A stretch of DNA of 64,000 nt from positions 55,460-119,459 of the forward strand of contig CALSCP010001725.1 of NCBI GenBank assembly GCA_943704425.1, in the 5' to 3' direction. The translations under genes were made by a program, and so were the position numbers. Source of the stretch: Ministeria vibrans ATCC 50519 (Eukaryota > Protista > Filasterea). Of this stretch, positions 53,654-64,000 are shown piece after piece. The notes beneath the pieces were generated by a model that did not search any database, was not told the origin of the DNA, and worked only from the letters and a program-made list of their open reading frames with translations. Every line of letters starts with the position of its first letter. The stretch's first letter is position 1.

Positions 53654-56600
53654 ATGATCTTAGGAACTGTCACTGCCCTCGTCCTCGCCTGTGCCATACA
53701 GTGCTTGGGCGATTCAACGACAGACTATGGAGCGCGTGTGAACACGTTTGACGCAGCGCCGCTTGTCACGTATGCGCCGGACGGCATGAACGACCTTCAG
53801 GGACCGTTCAACCTGACAACGGACGCCTTTGACGCGCCCACGCTCGTCTACTGCACCATCGACGGCGACACCAACACGCTGCTGTTCTCGCTGAACAACG
53901 GAGTGCCGCTGTGGACGGTGATTCCGTCTCTCCTCGTCAGCAATGCGCCCATCCCCATTTCCGGCATGGACTTGACAGCGACGCTCCAACTCCAGCCCGT
54001 CTGGTCGTCGCATTCTCTGCTTGCCGCCTTCACCGGCGACCTCACGACATTCTACTTCTTTGAGAACATGCGATGGCACCCTGTGAGCCTCAACACAACT
54101 CTGAAGCTGCAACAGGACCAGACGGTCGTCTATGGTGCCGGCAACAACGTCGTGATCCTTGTCCAGCACGACCCCGCGCAGTCCACAGTCGCGTGGCGCA
54201 TTCAATTCGACATGAATAGCAACTCGACGGCGTCTCTCGTGCCCGCGACCCCACCTCCTTTCAATCTCACCGCGAGCCCCTCGACAAGCGGCTACATCAC
54301 GACCGACTCTGTCTTTGTCGGCTTCACCTCCACCTCTCAACTTTTTCGCTACACCATGAGTACCGACACGTGGCAGGAACTCGTTGGCTACCAACAGACC
54401 ATGTCACAACAGATGGGGCGACCCATGTCGCACCAGCTCGTCGAGCGCAACGGCCTTCTTTTCATCGCCTACTACACCTCCTTCGGATTCAACCCCGATG
54501 GCATCCACCTCTTTTCTATCGACCCCTCGACGGGCGCCGCATCAAACTACTCCATTTGGAACTTTGACAATGTGTTGCGCAACGAGTTTCCCGTCTTCCT
54601 TCTACCCAGTGTTCTCAAGGGTGACGTCGACGACGACACCTTGCTCGTCATCAAGGTGAGCGTGCCTCTTGGGGGCGCCTACCAGTCGATCATGGTCAAC
54701 CTCACGTCGCGCCTTGCGTACGCCAATGTCAACCAAATCAACACGATCGGCGTGGTCGACACACATCTTGTGCCCACGGGCGCATCCTCTCACATAGCCT
54801 ACATGGTAGGTGCTCTCTTTGTCGATGGCTACTCTTTCCCATCGGGCTACTGCGACGTCTTCATGCTCGACGTCTCGCTCCTGTCCATCTCGCAAATCAA
54901 CGTGCTCTCAGGCACCCCACCTCATCAGCGGGTGGGCGCCGCCGTGGCCTTTGTCAACGCTTCATCGTCCCCCGTGCTCCTTGTGCACGGCGGCTACTTC
55001 CCCGACGAGAGTATTGATCACGTTGTCTATGCGGACGCCTTCCTATTTGACCTCACTCGTCTCCAGTGGCGTCCCCTGGCGACTGGCCCTCACTTGGCTC
55101 GCCACGCAAGTGTCATGCTCGACAACAACCGATGGTTCCTTGCCACTGGATTCACCGGAGTGCACCAACCACCGTATGGCTACTTCACGGCCGATGCCTG
55201 GATTTACACGCTCGCCTCGGACTCGTGGCTTCTGCTGCCGCGTGCGCTTCCTGCCCCTTTGATTGGTGCCACGGCTGCCATTCTTGGCACGCGCGTTTTT
55301 GTTGGCGGTCCCAACATCACTCTCGAAGTTGATGAGAACTACGCGACTCCGCAAGGACCTTCCACCTTTGACTTCTACTCCATCGCTCTCGACTGTGTGA
55401 GCGATGCGGCATGCAATTGGACGCACGCGTCGCGCGCGCCAGTCAACGAAGCCGCTGCCGCAGTCTCCACACGCATGGTTACGCAAATGTCGAACGCATC
55501 CATGTCACTCTTCTTCTGTGACAACATGGGAAACTGCACAGGCGGTCTCATGCGTTTCTACCCGTACGCCTCCGAGCCCGTCGACCAGTGGCAGTCGGTG
55601 CCCTTTGCCATGAAACCCGCGCGGTACGCCTCGTGCTTTGGCTGTCTTGCTGCCTCCATTGTGGTCTCGCCCCAAGAAGACACCGCCACCAACACGGCTC
55701 TCCCTCGTCTCTTCATCACGCAAGTGGTGCGTCCCTACCCTCCCAATGGCTTTGTGTCGCTTGCATGCAGCCTTGGACAGGTCTCGGCCAATATCTCGAT
55801 GACCCCCTGCCTCCCGTGTGCTCTTGGCACGTATGCCGACCGTCTGGGCATGACCGAATGCATTGCGTGTCCAGCTGCGACCACCACAGCCGACACGGGC
55901 GCCCAGTCAGTGCTCGACTGTCGCCGCTGCGCCGACGACCAGTACTGCAATGGCCACGGCAGCTGCTATCTGGCGGGCGGCAGTCCTACGTGTGACTGTG
56001 AGTCTATCTACAGTGGCAGTGAGCTGTGCACCACTCCCTGGGTCGTTGTCTATGTGTCGATTTCGGTCGCGTCCGCCCTTGTTTTTGTTCTCGTTGTGTA
56101 CATCTCCAACCGCATGCTGCAGCGCTCACGTCGCCACAAGCAAGAGCTCATGGCATCTCTGTCACGCGTGGAAGAACTTGAACGTTCATGGATTATCGAC
56201 TATGCAACCCTACGCCTCGGCGAGCGTGTCGGCAGCGGCGCAAGCGGCGTCGTCTGGCGCGGCACCTGGGGCGAAATCACCGTCGCCGTCAAGCAGCTCG
56301 CCGACCCCTTTGCCGACGACTCAGAGCTGGATCGTGAAGCGGCTGCTGTCCGTGCATTGCGTCACGAGAACATTGTTCTCTTTTACGGTGCCGTAAGAAT
56401 ACTGCAAGACGAAAAAAAAAACCTCAAAAGGTTTATTAGAGATAATTAATAATAATAATATTAATAATTATAACTATAATTAAGTATTGTGCTGCTCTTT
56501 GTTTTGTTTATAGTTTTGTTTTGACATTGAGTACAGCTCTCGATTGTCTATTTATTTTCTTTATAATATTTTTATTATTCTTCTTCTTATTATTATTCGA

Positions 56601-57473
56601 TTGGTGTGTCTTAGGGACGTGATGACAATGGAGCGGCCTTCTTTGTGACTGAATTTCTCGCTCGTGGATCACTTCGAGACGTACTTGACGACGCGACATT
56701 GACCGATCAGCTGACGTGGGACATGCGACTGGCTCTTGCGCGTGATGGTGCACGTGGGATGGAGTTTTTGCACTCGAGAGGGGTCTTACATCGCGATCTC
56801 AAGGTAATAGCAAAGCCAATATAATACTATTAATAAGAGTATCCATTTGTGTTTCGCGACCTATCTTTTTTGAGTGCAGTCTCTCAATTTGCTCGTATCG
56901 GCCAACTGGCGTCTGAAAGTGGCCGACTTGGGCTCGTCGCGAAAGACCGCGAGTCGTGTACCGGCCCCCTCGAAGCGCGTCGGACTGCTGGGACGACTGC
57001 TTGGACGTAATAGTCAGGGCCGTGGGCGAACACCGAGTGCGGGAGTCACAGGACACAATGCGAGACAGGGGAGCGTGCAGCAGAATGCAAGCGCTGACTG
57101 TGAAACACTGGTGGATAGTGGAGCGCGTGAGATGGGCGAGCCTCTCTTGACAGACCATGTTGGGACTGTATTGTGGATGCCACCAGAGCTGCTGTTGCGC
57201 CAGAGCACCGCGTCTCCCGCCTCCGACATATATTCCTACGGCATTGTCCTGTGGGAGATATCGACAGGACGTCTTCCCTTTGACCACATTGACTCATTTG
57301 AGGTGTTCCAGGCAGTCAGTGCACACAATGCGCGTCCCCAGTGGCACGTCGACGACACTGTCGTGCGCGACCACCCTGCCTTCAAGACCCTCATCGAGAC
57401 TTGCTGGCTCGCCGACCCGCGCGCCCGACCTGCCTTTGAGATTATTGCACTTCGCCTAGCCATGATGGAGTAG
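53654..57473 (+). CDS. Single-pass receptor-like kinase: signal peptide, Kelch-like propeller, GCC2/GCC3 (ephrin-receptor-like) Cys-rich repeat, EGF, TM, TKL kinase
   Basis: Signal MILGTVTALVLACA; R.GAAVA...LLVHGGY; C..G......C.PC..GTYA......C..CP...TT...GA.S..DC; CNGHGSC...C.C...YSG..C; TM; GSGASG.V, VAVK, HRDLK/SLN, KVADLG, GTVLWMPPE, SDIYSYG and CW...P..RP.F. Confidence 0.85.
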
Positions 57474-57528
57474 ACCCTTATGGTGTAAAATTTGTAAAAA
57501 TATAAATTTAGGGCTTCAGCCTTGATGT

Positions 57529-57937
57529 TTAATAAGTGTTTTTGCGCAGCCGGACATGTTTGGGAGTGATCTCAATCGACTCGTCGTCTTGAAGCATCAG
57601 AATTGCCTCTTCAATGCTGAACCTACAGTCGGATTTTGAACAACTTGCTCTCTCAATCTCTTCTCTCTAGTTTCTAGTTCTTGATACCGTTTTGCAGGGA
57701 CGAGGCGCACAAAGTCGTCCTTGTTGCTCGAGCGCACGTTGGTGGCTTTCTTCTCCTTGCACGGGTTCACTGTGAGAATTCCTCGCTTAGCACAGTTTCC
57801 AATAACCATCCCTTGATACACCTAACAGAGAGAAAGAGAGATCAATAGAAGAAAAACTTCTCTGTCCCTTGCTTCCTAGCACTTTGTTCCCCTTCCCCCC
57901 TTATCACTTTGTCTCTATCTCTTTGTTTCTTTCTCCC

Positions 57938-58000
<63 letters not shown>

Positions 58001-60231
58001 AAACTCTCTCTCTCAAACTCTCTCTCTCAAACTCTCTTTCACTCTCATTATGTGTTACTTCGTCCATGGGTGCAATGAAGAGCGTTCCACGCGCCTCAAT
58101 GTCCTTGAGCGAGTACACCTTGGCGGTACCAGCACCCACCGAGACCAGTCGGCTGACGGGTTCCTTGCGCACCGACGCATTCACATCGGTGGGTACATAG
58201 TCGTGCACTACCGAGTGCACCACCGCTTCACCGTGTGTCTCCAGCTTAATCTCGCCACGTGCACCGAGCAGTGCCCGGCTGCGAATGTGGAAGTTAACGC
58301 GCACCGACCCGTCGTCCATCTCCTTGTAGTCCTTCATCTCCGCCCCGCGCGCCTGCATGTTTGCAATCACTGCGCCGCTGTACGTCGATGGCGAGTCAAT
58401 CACCACCTCTTCAACCGGCTCACACATTACTCCCGCGTCGTTCTTCTGTTCAAGTACGCGTGGTGGCGTCACCTGCCGGATACACACACGCAACAACAAC
58501 AACAACAACAACAACATAATAGATAAATTAATTTATAATGTTTCACTCGATCGAATTTTTTCATGTGTTTGCTTTACCTTAAGCTCAAAGCCTTCACGAC
58601 GCAACGTCTCGAGAAGAATACCAAGTTGCAGTTCACCGCGACCGCTAATGTCAAGCGCCTCGGAGTTTCGCGGGTTAGGTTCAACACGGATGGCAACATT
58701 GTTCTCCACTTCGTGCATGAGGCGCGATTTGAGCTGCGACGCCGAGCGGAACGCATTGCCCATCTCGCGCGATTCCTTGCCACAAAGCGGACTGTCATTA
58801 ACCGAAAAAGTCATCTGGATCGTAGGCGGGTCAATGGGTTGTGTGTCGAGGGGCACAGTGAGCTCAGGCGCCGACAGCGAGTCGGTTACGTACGACGCAA
58901 TGCCTCCCACCGACACAATGTCGCCTGCTCCCGCACGCATCACCTCCACCTCCGCCAGTCCGTGCCGCTGTGTCAGCTTCATCACCTTCTCCGGTTGGCT
59001 CAATGCCGATCCGTCGTCCTTCATCAACAAGCGTCGCAGCATATCTCCCACTTGCACTTCGCCCGACTGGATTTTCCTACATTCCAGAGTGGGTTTATAC
59101 GCACATTGCACACTTCAACACTTTCGAAGTGGTACCCAGTGCTGATGCGACCCACATAGGGATCAGAGCTGATGCTAGTAACAAGCATTTGAAAGGGCGC
59201 ATTGCGGTCGCACGAGAGGGGCGCAGGAATCGTTTCCACAATCGCGTCCAGAAGCGCTCCCATTTCCAGTCGCGGCGATCCCTACATAGAAAAACACAAA
59301 CACAAACACAAGCACAAACACACACACAAACACAAACAGAAACGTAGAGTGGTTTTAAATTTTCTTTCGTCGTGTTATTTGGTGCTTGTTGTTATGTTCG
59401 GACCCCTGACTGTTCCATCATAGGCTTGATTTTGGAGATGTCGTCGACGCAGAAGCCGTTGCGAGCGCTTGCGTACAGCACGGGAAAGTTCAGCTGTTCT
59501 TCGCTCGCACCCAAGTGGCAAAACAGATCAAAGAGATCGTTTTCAACAGAACCATCGAGACGCGCCGTGTTACGATCGACCTTGTTCAACACGACGAGTG
59601 CCTTGAGGTTGCGCTGGATTGCTTTAGTCAGCACAAACTTGGTTTGTGTCATGGGGCCCTCCGACGCATCCACGACCACCACCACACCCTCGACCATAGA
59701 GAGAATGCGCTCAACCTCGCCACCAAAGTCCTGATGGCCCGGCGTGTCCACAATGTTGAGTGTGTGATCGCCCCACTGAACGCGAGTGTACCTGCAAAAA
59801 GTTAAGTGGCATTGCACAAGTCGTCAGGAGAGATTGGAGACGCTACGCGAGGGCAACGGTGCATTCATGCACAGGAACACAACACTATAGCATGTGACAT
59901 GATGGACGGTGCACCGTGCACCCTGTTCTCGCGCTCGTTCCTCTTACTTAGACTGAATGGTGATGCCTCGCTCCTTTTCCAACGTCATCGAGTCCATAGC
60001 GCGCGAATCAAGCAGCTTTGTTCCCGCCGTCGCCAGCAATCGGTCAACAAGCGTGGTTTTACCGTGATCGACGTGCGCAATGATTGCCACGTTGCGTAGC
60101 TTGGACTGTGGCGGCGACGAAACTTCGCACGTGCCGGAGTACTGACAAACGGCCGGAAGTGATCGAGCACGCCCGATCGAGCTGGCCGCAGACCATCGCT
60201 TGAGCCCAAGAGTGGACAAGCGACCCAACAT
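57529..60231 (-). CDS. typA: TypA/BipA translational GTPase with predicted mitochondrial presequence, multi-exon
   Basis: [98 protein letters not shown] and EITPK.VRLRK. Arg/Ser-rich, acid-free N-terminus. Confidence 0.92.
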
Positions 60232-60508
60232 GGCAGAGTGCTGCAATGAAAGAGAGAACAGGGAGAAAAAATTGAAAATACATCAAGAACGACAAGAAGA
60301 AGTTTGACTCGCAAGTTCAGCTCTCTGTGTGTTTGCGCGAAGGCCAAAGAAAATAGAGCAGTAGATGTGTGATTGTTTAGTGCCTAGTGACACATTATAG
60401 ATACTAAGATACGTGGCTAGTACAGCCCTTGGTCGTCTTCCAACACCAAACGCGACTGAAACATATTGGTATATAATTTAAGATTACAATTGAATACTCT
60501 ACTACAGT

Positions 60509-61464
60509 CTACACCAAGTCGCAGGGCTCCTGAAGAATGCGCTGAAGTTCATCTGCAAAGGAATCGCGCGAAGCTTCGTCGACGTCGTCCTGTCGTGAAG
60601 TGGCAGCACTTGGGGGCACCTCAACTGTCAGTGCTCCGCCAAGAGCTCGGAGCTCCTCCTCATTAAAGTCGTCCTGTGACTCGTCGTCCTACATCAATAG
60701 TGAGATTATGGTGGAGCGTTACAATACAGTTCGCGCGCGCGCGCGAGTTTGTTTAAGTGTACCCCTTCATCAGATGGATCCCATTCGTGCAACTTGCGAC
60801 GCCACACTTTCACAAGACCTTCAAAGCGGCGCTTGCTTGCCTTCATGTATATGTCGGGTGTTTTCGGCTGGTCTGAGGTGCGAGTGTGTCTGGTGGAATA
60901 GGAGATTTTGAGTCAAAAGGGAACACGACGAATTTAGTGCGTCGCACCTTGGCACTTCGGCAATGTAGCGGTCGTAGCCGCGCGTATTGCGTCCCTTTTG
61001 GATTTGCTTTCTCCTCTGCTCAATGCGATGTTCGTCAGTCTCGCGCTCACACTCCTTCTTGGGTCGGGGCGCCGAGAGGCACGACGACGCAGCCACTTGG
61101 CCAAGACGCTCTTGGATGTGACTCGATGTCGACGACACCGCCGCCCTGGCCGCTGCGGGCGCAGGCGCGGGCGGTGAAGAAGACGATAGACCGGCCACGG
61201 CAGGTAACAACGACGGCTTCGACGGGCCCGACCTGCGTCGATGCGAGGAGGCCGTCGAATAGGGTTCGCGACGACTATGTGAACTACAGTAGCGATTAGC
61301 CATAACGATTATACACACACACACACACAGACACACACACACACACGCATAAATACACTCCATCACACACATTACGCACACGCGTAATCTCTCTGTGTCT
61401 GTCTCTGTGTGTGTCTCTCTTACTGGCTAGGTCGAATAGGGCCCGTTTCCCTCTCGCGCCCCAT
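60509..61464 (-). CDS. SLBP: Histone mRNA stem-loop binding protein
   Basis: RNA-binding domain ETDEHRIEQRRKQIQKGRNTRGYDRYIAEVPR / ..DQPKTPDIYMKASKRRFEGLVKVWRRKLHEWDP, followed by an acidic tail. Start exon inferred from splice phase. Confidence 0.88.
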
Positions 61465-61609
61465 TTCAAGAAGAAAAAAAGCAAAAACAGAAGAAAAAAA
61501 GTGAAACTAAACTCGTCCATTCGACTTACACTTGACTCTATCTTCTGTAAAAACATTGGGAGCTCGCTGGACAGGCTGTGTGGATCGTGTGCTGCCGTAC
61601 TAAGCGCTG

Positions 61610-61618
61610 TTTGGCGCG
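61610..61618 (+). promoter_or_regulatory. Candidate E2F site TTTGGCGCG in SLBP/MCM7 divergent spacer
   Basis: Exact match to TTTSSCGC. Further GCGCG-core elements lie at about 61649-61657, 61666-61676 and 61777-61784. Confidence 0.5.
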
Positions 61619-61784
61619 TGATCGTGACGTGGTTGAAGTCGAAATAAATCGCGCGCCGTCTTTTTTTTCGGCGCGCATTTCGATTAGAATCTCTATCCGC
61701 TGTTTCAATTCTTTTATCCACTCTTTCGTGTCCAAGACCTTTGCAGGTGTCTTCTAGGTTGCCACACATCTCTTAAAACGCGCC

Positions 61785-63828
61785 ATGACAGACTACGAGA
61801 AGCAGAAAGGTACTGCGTCCGAATTGCCGTGTGCCCGCCTGATGCTCCAGCGCTGTTTTGCGGCGATCCTCTTGCACCATATGCACGTGTACCTTGGTGT
61901 ATGTCCACTCCCATCAACGGATAGCCCACTGTCTCGATGTTTTGTGCGTTTCGTTCGTCGACGTTTTTTTGCCGGCAAAAACTTTGGCACCACCGCGCAA
62001 AAGATCGCCGTCTAAACGCCTCGCTCTTTCCTCTGTAGATGAGCTCAAGCGATTCTTCAATGAGTTCCGCACGGCAAATCAAGCTGGAGCGCTGCTGGAC
62101 TACAAATACCTCAACATGAAGGTTTGTGCTTTTCTCTTGCGTCTCTGCTCAAACTGACCCGTTCACCTCCTTTGCCTGGTGCAGCAAAAGATTGCAGACA
62201 GACTGGCGACTGAGTTTATTGTCGATATTGACGATTTGGACGAGGTACAAAACAAAGAGCAAGACGAAAACGAGCGTTGTCTCTTGTGACAGACGCTGAG
62301 TTGGTGAACGATCCACTCACTCTATAATGTGTACCACAGTGGGAATTTACGACGGAGAACCTCGTGCGCGACTTACTACGAAACACAAAGCGATACGTAT
62401 CGCTCGTGTCTGAGATTCTCGACGGCGATTTGCCTCCACCCTCAGTGCAATTTGATCGCAACAATCTCACTGTGTTGGATGTGTACATTGACCAGCGAAA
62501 CCGATTGCAACAAAACGCCCAGCAAGGCACTGCAGGACCACAGACTATCACCGGCTCGTACCCACCCGAGCTGCTGCGACGCTTGTAAGACGCGACAAAA
62601 GACCACCACCCAGAAACAGACAATAATAATAATAATAATTCTTGTTATAATGTGTTTTTTTTTCTTTCCTCAACTTTACTATTGCATTTGCAGCCAAGTG
62701 CGCTTTCGCAACCGTGACACTGCCAAGGGCATGTCAATCCGACAAGTGAACGCAGGGGAAATTGGGCGTCTGGTAAATGTGCGATGCATTGTGACACGCG
62801 CAAGCGAAGTCAAGCCTGTCGTCACCGTGGCAACGTACGCCTGTGACAAGTGCAACAGTGAAATCTACCAAGAGGTATGAAACACAAGCACACACACACA
62901 TGTATAGTTATTTTATAACAATCATTATTATTGTTAATTTTATTTCTCCTATAATAATAATTATTATTATGACGTATTATTTTTGTTTCATTCATTTTGC
63001 ACAATTCACCAACTTTTTTTGATACTGATGTACGTATCTTTGTCTCATGACAGGTGAAAGGAGGGCAGTTTATGCCGCAGAGGGTGTGCGAGAGCACTAT
63101 CTGCAAGGGCAACAAGGCGTCAGGCGAGCTGGCTCTGCAGACACGCGGTTCCAAGTTTGACAAGTTTCAGGAGCTCAAGGTGCAGGAGATCTCGGACCAG
63201 GTGCCGGTGGGCCATATTCCACGCACGCTGTCCATCCACGTGCGCGGTGAGCTCACTCGCTTGGTGACGCCCGGCGATATGGTGACCGTCCACGGAATCT
63301 ACTTGCCTGTAAACAACATGTTTGTGACATTGTGTGTGTGTGTGTGTGTGTGATGCATGGTTGTGCATTTTGTGCATTTTTGTGTTGTTCTCATGGAGTG
63401 CTTACTTGTGTTGCGTTTGGTTGGGTGTGAATTTTCCATGTAGGTTCCTTACACTGGTTTCAAAGCGATTCGTGCGGGTCTTTTGAGCGACACATACCTC
63501 GAAGCAATGCACATTGAGCGCCACAAAAAGTCACACATCGAAGAGGTAAACAAAACAGAAAAAAAATGTGCAGAATTAGGAATTCTACCGCGTTTTTAAT
63601 CGTCTCATGCGTGTGCTGATGCCAATCACTGTTTATAGGCGCAAAGTCGCAAGTATGAAGAAATGATGGAGGAGTACGAGAGCAACGAGAAGGTGAACAT
63701 GTACGATCGGCTGTCGGCATCCCTGTGCCCCGAAATCTATGGACACGACGACATCAAGCGAGTGATGTTGTTGCAGCTGGTGGGCGGCACTGAGCGACGC
63801 ATGGGCGACGGTCTTTTTATTCGCGGAG
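61785..63828 (+). CDS. MCM7: DNA replication licensing factor MCM7, 3' truncated by window edge
   Basis: [20 protein letters not shown]...[54 protein letters not shown] and [11 protein letters not shown]...LL.LVGG. Confidence 0.95.
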
Positions 63829-63933
63829 GTAACACGCGATCGGGAGAGAGAGGGGGAAAAGCAAAAGTGTTAGAGATGGAGAGAGGAGTGTTGAGTGTGT
63901 TTATGTGTGTCTGTGTTGTGTGTGCGCGCGCGG

Positions 63934-63936
<3 letters not shown>

Positions 63937-64000
<64 letters not shown>
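63937..64000. repeat. (GT)n microsatellite, intronic
   Basis: Visible repeat. Confidence 0.95.

Noticed and set aside
57529-57546. TypA ends RLRKNTY*, possibly a frameshift in an A5 run
   Set aside because: Affects only the last few residues and could be genuine or a homopolymer error; insufficient to call a pseudogene.
61758-61764. GTTGCCA RFX-like half-site before MCM7
   Set aside because: Isolated 7-mer at a non-ciliary gene; plausible by chance.

Overview
Gene-dense, intron-rich eukaryotic genomic DNA (short GT-AG introns, many (CT)n/(GT)n/(AAT)n microsatellites, two N gaps). Gene content points to a flagellated unicellular relative of animals (Holozoa): an SH2-SH2-PTP SHP2 ortholog, IFT88, WDR78, NSD, COMMD4, FAPP2, SLBP and a tetraspanin. 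The taxon is an inference. About 28 protein-coding loci were reconstructed by hand: LIM-CH protein, mARC, CTF8, FPGS, SLC35F, PTPN11, GH-like secreted protein, ALDH, NOP6, IFT88(+PH), WDR78, Greatwall-like kinase, tetraspanin, SLC38, COMMD4, SAM methyltransferase, USE1, a patatin-lipase fragment, FAPP2, an orphan ORF, NSD, IP6K, SmD2, receptor TKL kinase, TypA, SLBP and MCM7. No RNA genes, CRISPR arrays or autonomous mobile elements were seen. The most notable observations are: an apparent in-frame IFT88-PH fusion; two function-matched head-to-head gene pairs (ciliary IFT88/WDR78 with RFX X-box-like sites; S-phase SLBP/MCM7 with an E2F site); a spliced lipase fragment sitting inside a USE1 intron between CT repeats (possibly misassembly); unusual domain architectures (DEP+C2HC+Greatwall, Bromo+NSD, Kelch-GCC-EGF receptor TKL); and a dispersed intronic TATCACTTTG repeat. 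All family calls come from motif recognition, not database searches.
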